A DNA stretch of 64,000 bases, taken from a virus. Taxonomy: Duplodnaviria > Caudoviricetes. Position numbers and translations under genes: made by a program. Positions 16,254 to 23,446 of the stretch are shown piece by piece (position 1 is the first letter of the stretch; the number at the start of each line of letters is the position of its first letter). The notes under the pieces are model-generated. The model was not told the DNA's origin and made no database searches. It saw only the letters and a program-made list of their open reading frames with translations. The stretch covers positions 47,332-111,331 of the IMG/VR virus record IMGVR_UViG_2767802067_000002; one strand, written 5' to 3'.

Positions 16254-16928
16254 GGCGCTGGCCTTCTGGGTGGGGTGGTGGGTGGCTACACCATCATCAT
16301 TTCCGGAAGTCGACTTGTCCAAACCAATTTGAGCAAAGTAGTTGCCGCAAATCCGCAGGTCAGAGGCCGCGCCAGCCCCCTGCTCGACCTCGTCGGCGGG
16401 CTCCTCGATCGGCTCGACCAGGGTCGGTTCACCGGCGGGCACGCGGAAGAGCTGGCCGTTCGGCCGGACCGCCCAGTCCTCGCCGTCCGCGAGGCCGAGC
16501 TGCGCCATGTTCACCGGCTTCCCGCAGGCGTCGCAGCCGAAGTCGCCGCGCTCGCGGGCGCGCACCGGGGCGCTCTCGTCGCAGTGCGCACAGACCATCG
16601 GGACCAGGTCGTCGCGGTCCTCGCCGGGTCGTGCGGCCGGGGCCGGCTGGGCGGCGCCCACCGCGACCGCGTAGGCGTTCGCGTAGGGGGCCAGCTTGTT
16701 GCGGGAGTCGTTGCCCCGATAGAGGGAGCGGATCGGGTCCTGCCGGAAGCCCTTCACCCAGACTTCCAGCGGCTCGGGCGCGTAGTGGCCGTCGGTGCCG
16801 CCGAGCTCGTAGGAGACGTGGCCGCTGTACGCGGCGCGCTCGAACTCCTCGGCGCCCATGGCCAGCGGCTTGTTCTCGCCGAGCAGGGCCTGGAACCAAT
16901 CCGCGTAGGGGGTGGTGGCGTTGGGCAT
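15042..16928 (-). CDS. Internal-start form: hypothetical Zn-ribbon domain fused in frame to ParB (628 aa)
   Basis: GAAGGCCAGCGCC-ATG behind a B-type promoter; CAHC...CDAC; no stop before ParB. Confidence 0.6.
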   Translation of the reverse strand: MPNATTPYADWFQALLGENKPLAMGAEEFERAAYSGHVSYELGGTDGHYAPEPLEVWVKGFRQDPIRSLYRGNDSRNKLAPYANAYAVAVGAAQPAPAARPGEDRDDLVPMVCAHCDESAPVRARERGDFGCDACGKPVNMAQLGLADGEDWAVRPNGQLFRVPAGEPTLVEPIEEPADEVEQGAGAASDLRICGNYFAQIGLDKSTSGNDDGVATHHPTQKASAMTATPATKAAKPRAAKKAAAPAKPAAAKKAAPAKPRAAKKAAEPIEPTRVQKRREVAAEKVEAAASEVRETHKLIPIEQIEPDPDQPREEFDPVKIQELAESMKELGQLQAITVRKIGVKRYVIVVGERRWHSAQLAGLTHMKTVVRSGGEAEAGKTLAEQVAENAARADMTPMEEAKSFKRLVDEHGYEPAQVAKMVGKSVQYVGWRIDLLKLSDAAQDALAKGHLPVGLSWYVAQLSPDNQQRFLGKWARGEFKTVRDAEAFAQAAHSEEKRQADQGSFFVLADEAPRQTKDQQGELLPGGAAHLPESERERIQGERKKLVGRVDSMSGAGQVLADLAAADPEELALLLAGTPGGVGGYSLRLKHLADVISKAQANMRKAEAIASVREGSIIRINPELAAA

Positions 16929-18593
16929 GGCGCTGGCCTTCCGGGTGGAGTGGTGATTGGTTACACCTCCATCCTTTCCGGAAGTCGACTTGTCCAAACC
17001 AATTTGAGTAAAGAAGTTACCGCAAATCCGCAGGTCAGAGGCCATCTCCGGCTCCGGCTCGGCCTTCGCGGCGGGCTCCTCCGTGACGGGCTCCGGCTCG
17101 ACCGGCGGGACGTCGGGCGCAGCCGGCTGCCCGGCCGGGACCGGCTCCGGCGCCTGCTGCTCGGCCGCCGCCGGGACCGGCTCGATGGCGCACACGATGC
17201 CCTGGCCCGGCGAGCCCTTCCAGCTTCCCCGGTGCCGGTAGCCGTGCTCGGCCAGCACCGCGGTCACCTGGGCCAGCAGGGCGCTCGACCACACCGACTC
17301 GGTGTACTTCCGTCCCTCCGCCGCCCGGATCGTCACCGGCTCGTGCGCGCCGTGCGGCTTGCCCACCCCGTTCAGCCAGGACAGCGCCGCCTCCGTGGCG
17401 TCCCACCGGCACTCGACCTTCACCCGCTTTGGCACCTTCGGGTCGGCCCGCTTCTTCGGCGCCTTCGGCTTCGCCGCTGCGGCCTCGCGCAGGGCGCTCG
17501 CCGGGTGCGCCGCCGACGCCTCCCGGGCCGTCTTGAGGCCGGGGACCTTCCCGTCCGCCATGTAGGCGTCCATCGTCGCCTCCGGGCACCGGCCCTTGAC
17601 CTTCGTGTAGTCCGCCGTGTGCGTGCCGACCAGGCCGTCCTGCGTGGCGTCCGCCACGGTCAGCACGTTGCCGGACAGTCGCAGGTTCCACGCGATCGAC
17701 AGCGACTTTGCGTTCACCCGGGCCACCTGGTGCCAGGTGCCGATGTAGCAGACGTAGTCGCCCGGCACGAAGTCCTCCGGGCGCCAGATCTTGGCGCCGG
17801 CGGCCTCGGCGTCGGCGACGACCCGCCGCCAGTAGCCGAGCTCGTCGGCCAGGTCCAGCAGGTCCAGGTCGTTCGCCGCGAGGACGTCGACCAGCACCTC
17901 GGGCCCGATCTTCCCCGCGATGGCGCTCTTCACTGCCTTGCTCTGCTGGCGGTGCAGCCCGCGCTCCTCGGCCTCCAGCTTGGCGATCCGGCGCAGGGTG
18001 ACGCCCGGGTCCTTGCGGTGCTGCTCGTAGTGCTCGGCGGACACCGCGCGGTCCGCCCAGTGCCGGAAGCGGTCGGCCGCCTCGATCGACTTCCGCATGT
18101 GCGAGTCGATCCGCTCGGCGTCCTTCTCGGCGCGGCGCTGGCTGTGGTGGCCGACGAGGATCGGCTGCCCGAAGGGGATGTGGCGCACGATGTCCCCGGC
18201 CGCCTTGTGGCGGGCGTCGGACTCGGCGGCGGCCCGGCCCGCGTAGCCCTCGAAGCGCTCGGCGCGGTCCTCGGCCCGCTCGGTGCGGTCGTCCTCGGCC
18301 TCGGCGAAGGACCGGCGCACGTACTCGTCGACCTCCACCGTCACCGGGTAGCCGGCGGCCTCCAGGGCCCGCTGGATCTCGTTGATCTTCCAGCTGGCCC
18401 GCTTGTCGCGCGAGTTCCGCAGGTACAGGCCGACCGTCCTGGACGAGCGGACGCCGAGCGGGTGGACGATCTCCCAGACGCCGTCGCCCGGGCTGGAGCC
18501 GTCCAGCAGGGTGCCCGCCTCGCGGGTGTGCGTGATCGTGATGTGCGGCTTCGGCCGGGCGCTGTCGGCCGGGGTCTTCTCGGTGCTCTCCAT
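15042..18593 (-). CDS. DUF3560-domain protein reading in frame through to ParB (1183 aa)
   Basis: MESTEK start with GAGGAAG RBS; ERAEDRAERF...IPFGQPILVGHHS is the DUF3560 signature; no stop codon until 15042. Confidence 0.7.
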   Translation of the reverse strand: MESTEKTPADSARPKPHITITHTREAGTLLDGSSPGDGVWEIVHPLGVRSSRTVGLYLRNSRDKRASWKINEIQRALEAAGYPVTVEVDEYVRRSFAEAEDDRTERAEDRAERFEGYAGRAAAESDARHKAAGDIVRHIPFGQPILVGHHSQRRAEKDAERIDSHMRKSIEAADRFRHWADRAVSAEHYEQHRKDPGVTLRRIAKLEAEERGLHRQQSKAVKSAIAGKIGPEVLVDVLAANDLDLLDLADELGYWRRVVADAEAAGAKIWRPEDFVPGDYVCYIGTWHQVARVNAKSLSIAWNLRLSGNVLTVADATQDGLVGTHTADYTKVKGRCPEATMDAYMADGKVPGLKTAREASAAHPASALREAAAAKPKAPKKRADPKVPKRVKVECRWDATEAALSWLNGVGKPHGAHEPVTIRAAEGRKYTESVWSSALLAQVTAVLAEHGYRHRGSWKGSPGQGIVCAIEPVPAAAEQQAPEPVPAGQPAAPDVPPVEPEPVTEEPAAKAEPEPEMASDLRICGNFFTQIGLDKSTSGKDGGVTNHHSTRKASAMPNATTPYADWFQALLGENKPLAMGAEEFERAAYSGHVSYELGGTDGHYAPEPLEVWVKGFRQDPIRSLYRGNDSRNKLAPYANAYAVAVGAAQPAPAARPGEDRDDLVPMVCAHCDESAPVRARERGDFGCDACGKPVNMAQLGLADGEDWAVRPNGQLFRVPAGEPTLVEPIEEPADEVEQGAGAASDLRICGNYFAQIGLDKSTSGNDDGVATHHPTQKASAMTATPATKAAKPRAAKKAAAPAKPAAAKKAAPAKPRAAKKAAEPIEPTRVQKRREVAAEKVEAAASEVRETHKLIPIEQIEPDPDQPREEFDPVKIQELAESMKELGQLQAITVRKIGVKRYVIVVGERRWHSAQLAGLTHMKTVVRSGGEAEAGKTLAEQVAENAARADMTPMEEAKSFKRLVDEHGYEPAQVAKMVGKSVQYVGWRIDLLKLSDAAQDALAKGHLPVGLSWYVAQLSPDNQQRFLGKWARGEFKTVRDAEAFAQAAHSEEKRQADQGSFFVLADEAPRQTKDQQGELLPGGAAHLPESERERIQGERKKLVGRVDSMSGAGQVLADLAAADPEELALLLAGTPGGVGGYSLRLKHLADVISKAQANMRKAEAIASVREGSIIRINPELAAA
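16254..16368 (-). repeat. B-type element embedded in coding frame; near-identical copy at 16929-17043
   Basis: Shared TTTCCGGAAGTCGACTTGTCCAAACCAATTTGAG..CGCAAATCCGCAGGTCAGAGGCC. Confidence 0.9.
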
Positions 18594-18658
18594 CGTCTTC
18601 CTCTCGCTCGTGGCATGGGGCGGCCCGGCCCCCGGGCTGGGGCCGGGCCGGTGGCCGG

Positions 18659-19042
18659 TCAGAACAGCGGGTCCTGCCCGTCGGACGGGGCCGGGCCGGA
18701 GGGGGCCGCGTCGAGCCGGGCCCGGTCGAGCTGGGCGCGCATCTCGCGGATCGCCGCGGCGACCCGCTCGCCGAAGGCCGCCAGGTCCTCGCCCTCCTCC
18801 GGGCGCATGTCCCGGCTGGTGCTGAGGTTGCCCTTGGCGACGGTCACCCCGATCAGGTCCTCGTCGAGGGCGTCGTCGTAGATGCCCGCGAAGATGACCT
18901 CCAGGACGCCGTCCTCGATGACCTCGCGGTGTCCGAGCTCTCGGCCCGTCCAGCTGGGGCCGAGGAGGCGGGCGACGTAGGGGGCCAGGTCGCACAGGTA
19001 GAAGGTGGTCGCGGCCGGGTCGGGCGTGGCGGTGGCGGTCAT
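18659..19042 (-). CDS. hypothetical protein (127 aa)
   Basis: GAAAGG RBS; ends QDPLF. Confidence 0.75.
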   Translation of the reverse strand: MTATATPDPAATTFYLCDLAPYVARLLGPSWTGRELGHREVIEDGVLEVIFAGIYDDALDEDLIGVTVAKGNLSTSRDMRPEEGEDLAAFGERVAAAIREMRAQLDRARLDAAPSGPAPSDGQDPLF

Positions 19043-19106
19043 GGCGGGGCCTTTCTGGGCTAGTGGGCAGGGGCCCGGCCCCCGAGGTGGGGGCCGGGCG
19101 GGCCGA

Positions 19107-19544
19107 TCAGAGCTCGATCGGGGCGTCGATCCAGGTCGCGCTGGTCGTGGGGGTCAGGCCGAGCGCGTCGGTCGCGACCCGGAGGCGGGCGTCCCACGCG
19201 GGGTCGACGGCCGGCTCGTCGTCGTCCATCTCGATCTGGCTGGCGACCAGGAAGTAGCCGGTGCCCAGGCCCGGGATCTCCATGAACCCGACCTGGACGC
19301 CGACCCGGGCGTCCGCCTCGCGCACGCGGGCCCAGTAGCCGGCCCAGTCGCCCGTCACCTCGGGCATGGCCTCGGTGAAGCTGGCGAGGCGGGCGCGGAG
19401 GGCAGCCTGCATGGCGTCCACCAGGTCCTCCTCCTCGTACCAGTCGGTGGCCAGGTCGCCGCTCTCGGTGGTCTCGGCGGCCTTCCAAGCTCCGGGGCCG
19501 CCGAGGTAGATCGCGTAGCTCTTGGTCTCGGTCGCGTAGCGCAT
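19107..19544 (-). CDS. hypothetical protein (145 aa)
   Basis: MRYATETK start with AAGGAG RBS, after a B-type element. Confidence 0.75.
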   Translation of the reverse strand: MRYATETKSYAIYLGGPGAWKAAETTESGDLATDWYEEEDLVDAMQAALRARLASFTEAMPEVTGDWAGYWARVREADARVGVQVGFMEIPGLGTGYFLVASQIEMDDDEPAVDPAWDARLRVATDALGLTPTTSATWIDAPIEL

Positions 19545-19581
19545 GGGGGCTCCTTGGCTCTTGGGGTGGTGGCTTGTTGTC

Positions 19582-19658
19582 CTACTTTCATCATTTCCGG
19601 AAATCCATTTGGCCAAACCAGTTTTACAAAATGGATTTCCGGAGTTTTCGCAGGTCAG
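19582..19658 (-). promoter_or_regulatory. B-type element
   Basis: Boxes at 19600, 19614, 19628; GAAATGAT; CTGACCTGCG. Confidence 0.75.
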
Positions 19659-20284
19659 GCCGCCTGTCCGGGCTCCTCCGGTGCGGTCAGCCAGTCTGCG
19701 ATGTACTCGACGCAGGCGGGCACCCCGGTCTCGATCGGGGTGGACAGGGCCAGGCGCTCCGCGTGGTCGCGGCCGACGGCCAGGACGAACCACTCGCTCC
19801 CGCCCAGCTCCGCGAGCGGCATGTCCACGCAGGTGTCCGGCAGGTCCCAGCCCTCGGCCGCCGAGGTGTCCACGTAGATCACCGCGTAGCTCCCACCCGG
19901 CCCGTCGACCTCCAGCCAGCTGTTGCCGACGTCCTCGCCGTGCTGGGCCGTGATCCCGTACTCGGCGAGGGCCAGGCGCATCACGTCCGCCGGGGTCCGC
20001 AGCATCGCCCGGTCGGCCGCGAACTCGGCGCGGGCCTGGCCGGCCGCGGCGTCCGCGCTCACGGCCGCGTACTCCAAGACCTGGAGGTTGCCCTGCTCGG
20101 TCACCGCCTGGTCGAGCAGTTCCTGCTTGCGCTCGGCGCGGGTGGCCGGGTCGGCCGGGGCGGCCTCGACGTGGAGCACGTCGCGCTCCGGCTCCCGGAG
20201 CCCGAGCCAGAAGTCCGGGTGGGTCGGCTCCTCGTCGTTCACCACGAGGAGGAACGTGCAGGGGGCCTTGGTCATCTCGCGCAT
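19655..20284 (-). CDS. hypothetical protein (209 aa)
   Basis: GAGAGG RBS; A operator upstream. Confidence 0.75.
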   Translation of the reverse strand: MREMTKAPCTFLLVVNDEEPTHPDFWLGLREPERDVLHVEAAPADPATRAERKQELLDQAVTEQGNLQVLEYAAVSADAAAGQARAEFAADRAMLRTPADVMRLALAEYGITAQHGEDVGNSWLEVDGPGGSYAVIYVDTSAAEGWDLPDTCVDMPLAELGGSEWFVLAVGRDHAERLALSTPIETGVPACVEYIADWLTAPEEPGQAA

Positions 20285-20391
20285 GGGGTGCGCCTCTCTC
20301 TGGGCTTAGTGGGTAGGCACTACGTCCGCCGCGTGGCTGGACGCAGGGAATCGCGGCCCGGGCCGGTCGCCCGGGCCGCCGGTGCTGCGCC

Positions 20392-20856
20392 CTACTCGGC
20401 GGGGCGCTCGCAGTCGTCGTGCCGGTCGCACCGGCAGGACCCGCAGCCGACGCACATCTCGATCGCCTGGGTGTCGCAGGCGGGGCACCCGCCGGTGGCC
20501 TCGGTCTCGGCCTCGTCCTCGGCGAGCAGGCGGTCGATCTCCGCCTCGCGCGCGGCGGCCCTCTCGCGGACCACCTCGTCCTGGGCCTCCAGCGCGGCCT
20601 TCGTCCAGGTCTCGATCAGCATCTTCCCGGCCGCGGCGGCGGCGTCGCCGGGGGTGAGGCCGTCGGCCAGGCCGCGGGTGTACACCGCCGCGATGGCGGC
20701 CACCGAGTGGTCGTTGGTGAAGTGCTCGGTCAGCATCTCCCGCGACAGGTTCGGGTTCAGCTCGTTCAGCCACTTCGCGGTCCAGCCGGCGATGCGGCCC
20801 ACGGCGTCGCCGAGCTGGGCGGGGTCGGTGGGGAAGGCGATGGTGCTCGCGGTCAT
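20392..20856 (-). CDS. hypothetical protein with Cys-rich C-terminus
   Basis: CPAC...CVGCGSCRCDRHDDC. Confidence 0.75.
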   Translation of the reverse strand: MTASTIAFPTDPAQLGDAVGRIAGWTAKWLNELNPNLSREMLTEHFTNDHSVAAIAAVYTRGLADGLTPGDAAAAAGKMLIETWTKAALEAQDEVVRERAAAREAEIDRLLAEDEAETEATGGCPACDTQAIEMCVGCGSCRCDRHDDCERPAE

Positions 20857-20922
20857 GGTGCGCGTCCTCTCTGGGTGGGGCCGGCCGGGCGGGCGCCCGG
20901 CCGGTCGGGGTGCGGGCTCGGG

Positions 20923-21192
20923 TCAGAGCACGCGGGTGGCGGCCATCGCGGCCTCGACGATCTGGATGGTCTGGCCCCAGGCGGCCGGGACGTCCAGGAA
21001 CTCGGTGTTGCCCCAGGCCGCGCAGTAGGTGATCCGGGCCCGGCCGGGCTGGTCGCCGGCGGGCAGCTCGATCGTCCAGTCGTAGCCCTCGTGGCTGACC
21101 ACGGTGCGCGGCCCGAGGTTCGTCCGGATCCAGTAGGTGGAGCTCGCGGCGGCGGCGAACACGGCGGTGGCGGTCTCGGCGGTGACGGTCAT
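20923..21192 (-). CDS. hypothetical protein (89 aa)
   Basis: Follows an A-type promoter; paralog of 21289-21663. Confidence 0.75.
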   Translation of the reverse strand: MTVTAETATAVFAAAASSTYWIRTNLGPRTVVSHEGYDWTIELPAGDQPGRARITYCAAWGNTEFLDVPAAWGQTIQIVEAAMAATRVL

Positions 21193-21218
21193 GGCGCTGG
21201 CCTCTCGGACTTGGGGCT

Positions 21219-21265
21219 TAGTGGGTAGGCACTATGTTCAACGCGGAACCCGCCCTGGAGTACCG
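21219..21265 (-). promoter_or_regulatory. A-type promoter/operator (CGGTAC-N16-CGTTGA)
   Basis: Near-identical to the 7007 copy. Confidence 0.8.
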
Positions 21266-21288
21266 GGGTGACGCGAAGAAATCGCAGG

Positions 21289-21663
21289 TCAGGCCATGTT
21301 TTCGGCGACCAGCCCGGCGCGCCGCTGGCCGGGCAGCAGGCCGCGCGCGGAGGCGGGCCGCTCGCCGGCGGCCAGGCTCGCGACGATCGCTGCCGCCTGC
21401 TCCCCGGTGGCCCGGACGTCGACGGGCTCGCAGCCGCCGAGTCCCTGCCGGTGGGTGATGCGGGCCTGGGCCGGGATCGCGCGGCCCTTGCGGTCGGTGC
21501 CCGCCGGGACCAGGGCGACCGTCCAGCCGTAGCCGTCGCGGCCGACGATGGCTTCCAGGCCGCCGTCGACCGGGCGCCAGGTGCCGCGCGCGGCGGCCGC
21601 GGCGAGGACTGCGGCGGCGGTGGCGATGTCGACCCGGGTGCGGCGGGGGGTGGGGATGCGCAT
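21289..21663 (-). CDS. hypothetical protein (124 aa), paralog of 20923-21192
   Basis: AVxAAAA...GYxWT...ARIT...DVxA shared. Confidence 0.7.
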   Translation of the reverse strand: MRIPTPRRTRVDIATAAAVLAAAAARGTWRPVDGGLEAIVGRDGYGWTVALVPAGTDRKGRAIPAQARITHRQGLGGCEPVDVRATGEQAAAIVASLAAGERPASARGLLPGQRRAGLVAENMA

Positions 21664-21755
21664 GGTGCTGTCCTCTCGGCTGGAACGGGGCCGGCCGGGC
21701 ATGATGCCCGGCCGGAGCCTTTCGTGGCTACCCACTACGCGGTGGGCGCGCAGAA

Positions 21756-22124
21756 TCAGTCGGCGTCGATCTCGAAGTTCTCCGTGGCGACCAGGAAGCG
21801 GCGCTGCCCTTCCAGCTCGGCCAGGGACGCCGCGGTGACCACCAGGCTGGTGCTGGAGGAGAACCCGCAGCCGATCACGGCCTCCGTGGCCTCCTGGCGC
21901 GTCTTTGCCAGGGCCTCGCGGATGCCCATGCGCTCGGCCCGCTTGCTGAGCTTGATCCACGGCTTGGCCTTCGCCTCGGCGGCCAGCACCTCGTCCATCA
22001 GGCCGGGCAGGAAGGCGCCGGGCGCGGCCAGCGCGGTGGTCAGGCGGGCGCGGGCGTCGGCCGCGGCGGTGAAGGCGCGAGCGCCGAGGGTGGCGATGCG
22101 GTCGGTGGCGGTGGTGACGTTCAC
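21756..22124 (-). CDS. hypothetical helical protein (122 aa)
   Basis: GTG with AAGGAG RBS after a B-type element. Confidence 0.75.
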   Translation of the reverse strand: MNVTTATDRIATLGARAFTAAADARARLTTALAAPGAFLPGLMDEVLAAEAKAKPWIKLSKRAERMGIREALAKTRQEATEAVIGCGFSSSTSLVVTAASLAELEGQRRFLVATENFEIDAD

Positions 22125-22161
22125 GGCTGACTCCTTGGTCGGTGCTTGGTGGCTTGTTGTT

Positions 22162-22238
22162 CTACTTTCATCATCCCCGGTGACCCATTTGACCAAACCA
22201 GTTTTACCAAATGAGTTTCACGTATTTTCGCAGGTCAG
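22162..22238 (-). promoter_or_regulatory. B-type element
   Basis: Boxes at 22180, 22194, 22208; closely resembles the 19582 copy. Confidence 0.75.
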
Positions 22239-22308
22239 CGACGCTGCGCCCGGTCGCGCCGCCCCGCGTCGGCCCCTGCGCATAGTGGGTGCCCACTATG
22301 CTGGCCGC

Positions 22309-22578
22309 ATGGCCTCCACCCCCCTGCCCGAGCCGTTCGCCGCCCTCGCCGAGCTCATCGCCGGCGGCCCCACGATGCACACCGCCGCCCAGCTCGGCGA
22401 AGCCCTCAACGCCGTTCCGCAGCTCCAGCGCTGGCTGCGCGAGCAGCGACAGGACGTCTTCCAGGCGCTCAAGACCACCCACTCCAACGGTGAGATCGCC
22501 ACGCACCTCGGCCTCACCACGCAGCGGGTCGCGGACATCGCCTCCGGGCACTCCCACACCAAGGCGCCGAAGCGCTGA
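22309..22578 (+). CDS. small HTH regulator (89 aa), probably leaderless
   Basis: SNGEIATHLGLTTQRVADIASG HTH; TATGCT -10 (22297-22302) lies 6 nt before ATG and overlaps an A operator. Confidence 0.8.
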   Translation: MASTPLPEPFAALAELIAGGPTMHTAAQLGEALNAVPQLQRWLREQRQDVFQALKTTHSNGEIATHLGLTTQRVADIASGHSHTKAPKR

Positions 22579-22629
22579 CCGCTGCGCGCCGCACCGGCCC
22601 AGGCCCGGACGCTTCGTAGGCTCGGGCCC

Positions 22630-22884
22630 ATGAAGGACACGACCGCATTCGTCCTGGCCTGTGGGATCGCCGGCGCGTCCGGCGTCCTCTGGAAACTGAT
22701 CATCACCTGGGGCCAGGTCCGCATCACCCGGGTGGAGACCGACAACATCCACGCCCGCGCGGACCTCGCGCGGGCCGACCGGCCGGCCCCGCCGGTACCT
22801 GGCCGCTACGCCCCGCCGCAGAGCGGCGGCGACCTCGAGTCCGGTCCGCTCTCCAACGTCCGCATCACCCGCCCCGGGGACTGA
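22630..22884 (+). CDS. small membrane-anchored protein (84 aa)
   Basis: N-terminal hydrophobic helix; TAGGCT -10 just upstream of ATG. Confidence 0.65.
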   Translation: MKDTTAFVLACGIAGASGVLWKLIITWGQVRITRVETDNIHARADLARADRPAPPVPGRYAPPQSGGDLESGPLSNVRITRPGD

Positions 22885-22964
22885 CCCCGGCACGGAGAAG
22901 CGCCCGCCTCCGCCCCCGGTTCGGTCGGGGTGGTGGCGGGCGCTTCGCTGTCGCCGGCGGCCGG

Positions 22965-23405
22965 TCAGATCAGGGCGGCCACGGCGGCCCGGAGGGCGGC
23001 GACGTCCTCGTACACGATCTCGACGCAGCCGAGGCGGCCGTCCTCGCGGCCCTCCTCGTAGCGGTACAGCTCGGCGGTGATGACGAGGCGGCCGTCGACG
23101 CCCTCGGCGCGGGCGGTGGTGCGCGGCTCGCCGCCCTCGGCGATCCAGCGCGGGTAGCCGGGGTGGCCGAGGATCTGGTCCAGCATGGCGATGAACGCCT
23201 CGGGCGTGCCGGGGACCTGCGTCCTCTCGGCGTCGACGATCACCCAGGAGGCGTCCAGCTCCTCGGGGGTGGCCACGCCCTCCTCGAAGCGCTCGCGGCT
23301 GGTCGCCGCGTTGTAGACCGTCGCGTAGAGGTACGCGGACTCGCCGCGCATCTCGATGTTCCACCAGGGGGTCATCGCGGGGGTGGGGTCCAGGCAGGCG
23401 CCCAT
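22965..23405 (-). CDS. hypothetical protein (146 aa)
   Basis: AAGGAG RBS. Confidence 0.75.
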   Translation of the reverse strand: MGACLDPTPAMTPWWNIEMRGESAYLYATVYNAATSRERFEEGVATPEELDASWVIVDAERTQVPGTPEAFIAMLDQILGHPGYPRWIAEGGEPRTTARAEGVDGRLVITAELYRYEEGREDGRLGCVEIVYEDVAALRAAVAALI

Positions 23406-23446
23406 CGGGTTCTCCTTCGGTCGGGCGTGATCAGGCTATCGGTGGG

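Noticed and set aside
15153-18881. Long plus-strand ORFs (for example 1242 aa at 15153, 717 aa at 43004, 670 aa at 49470)
   Set aside because: Antisense shadows of high-GC minus-strand genes; no motifs or RBS.
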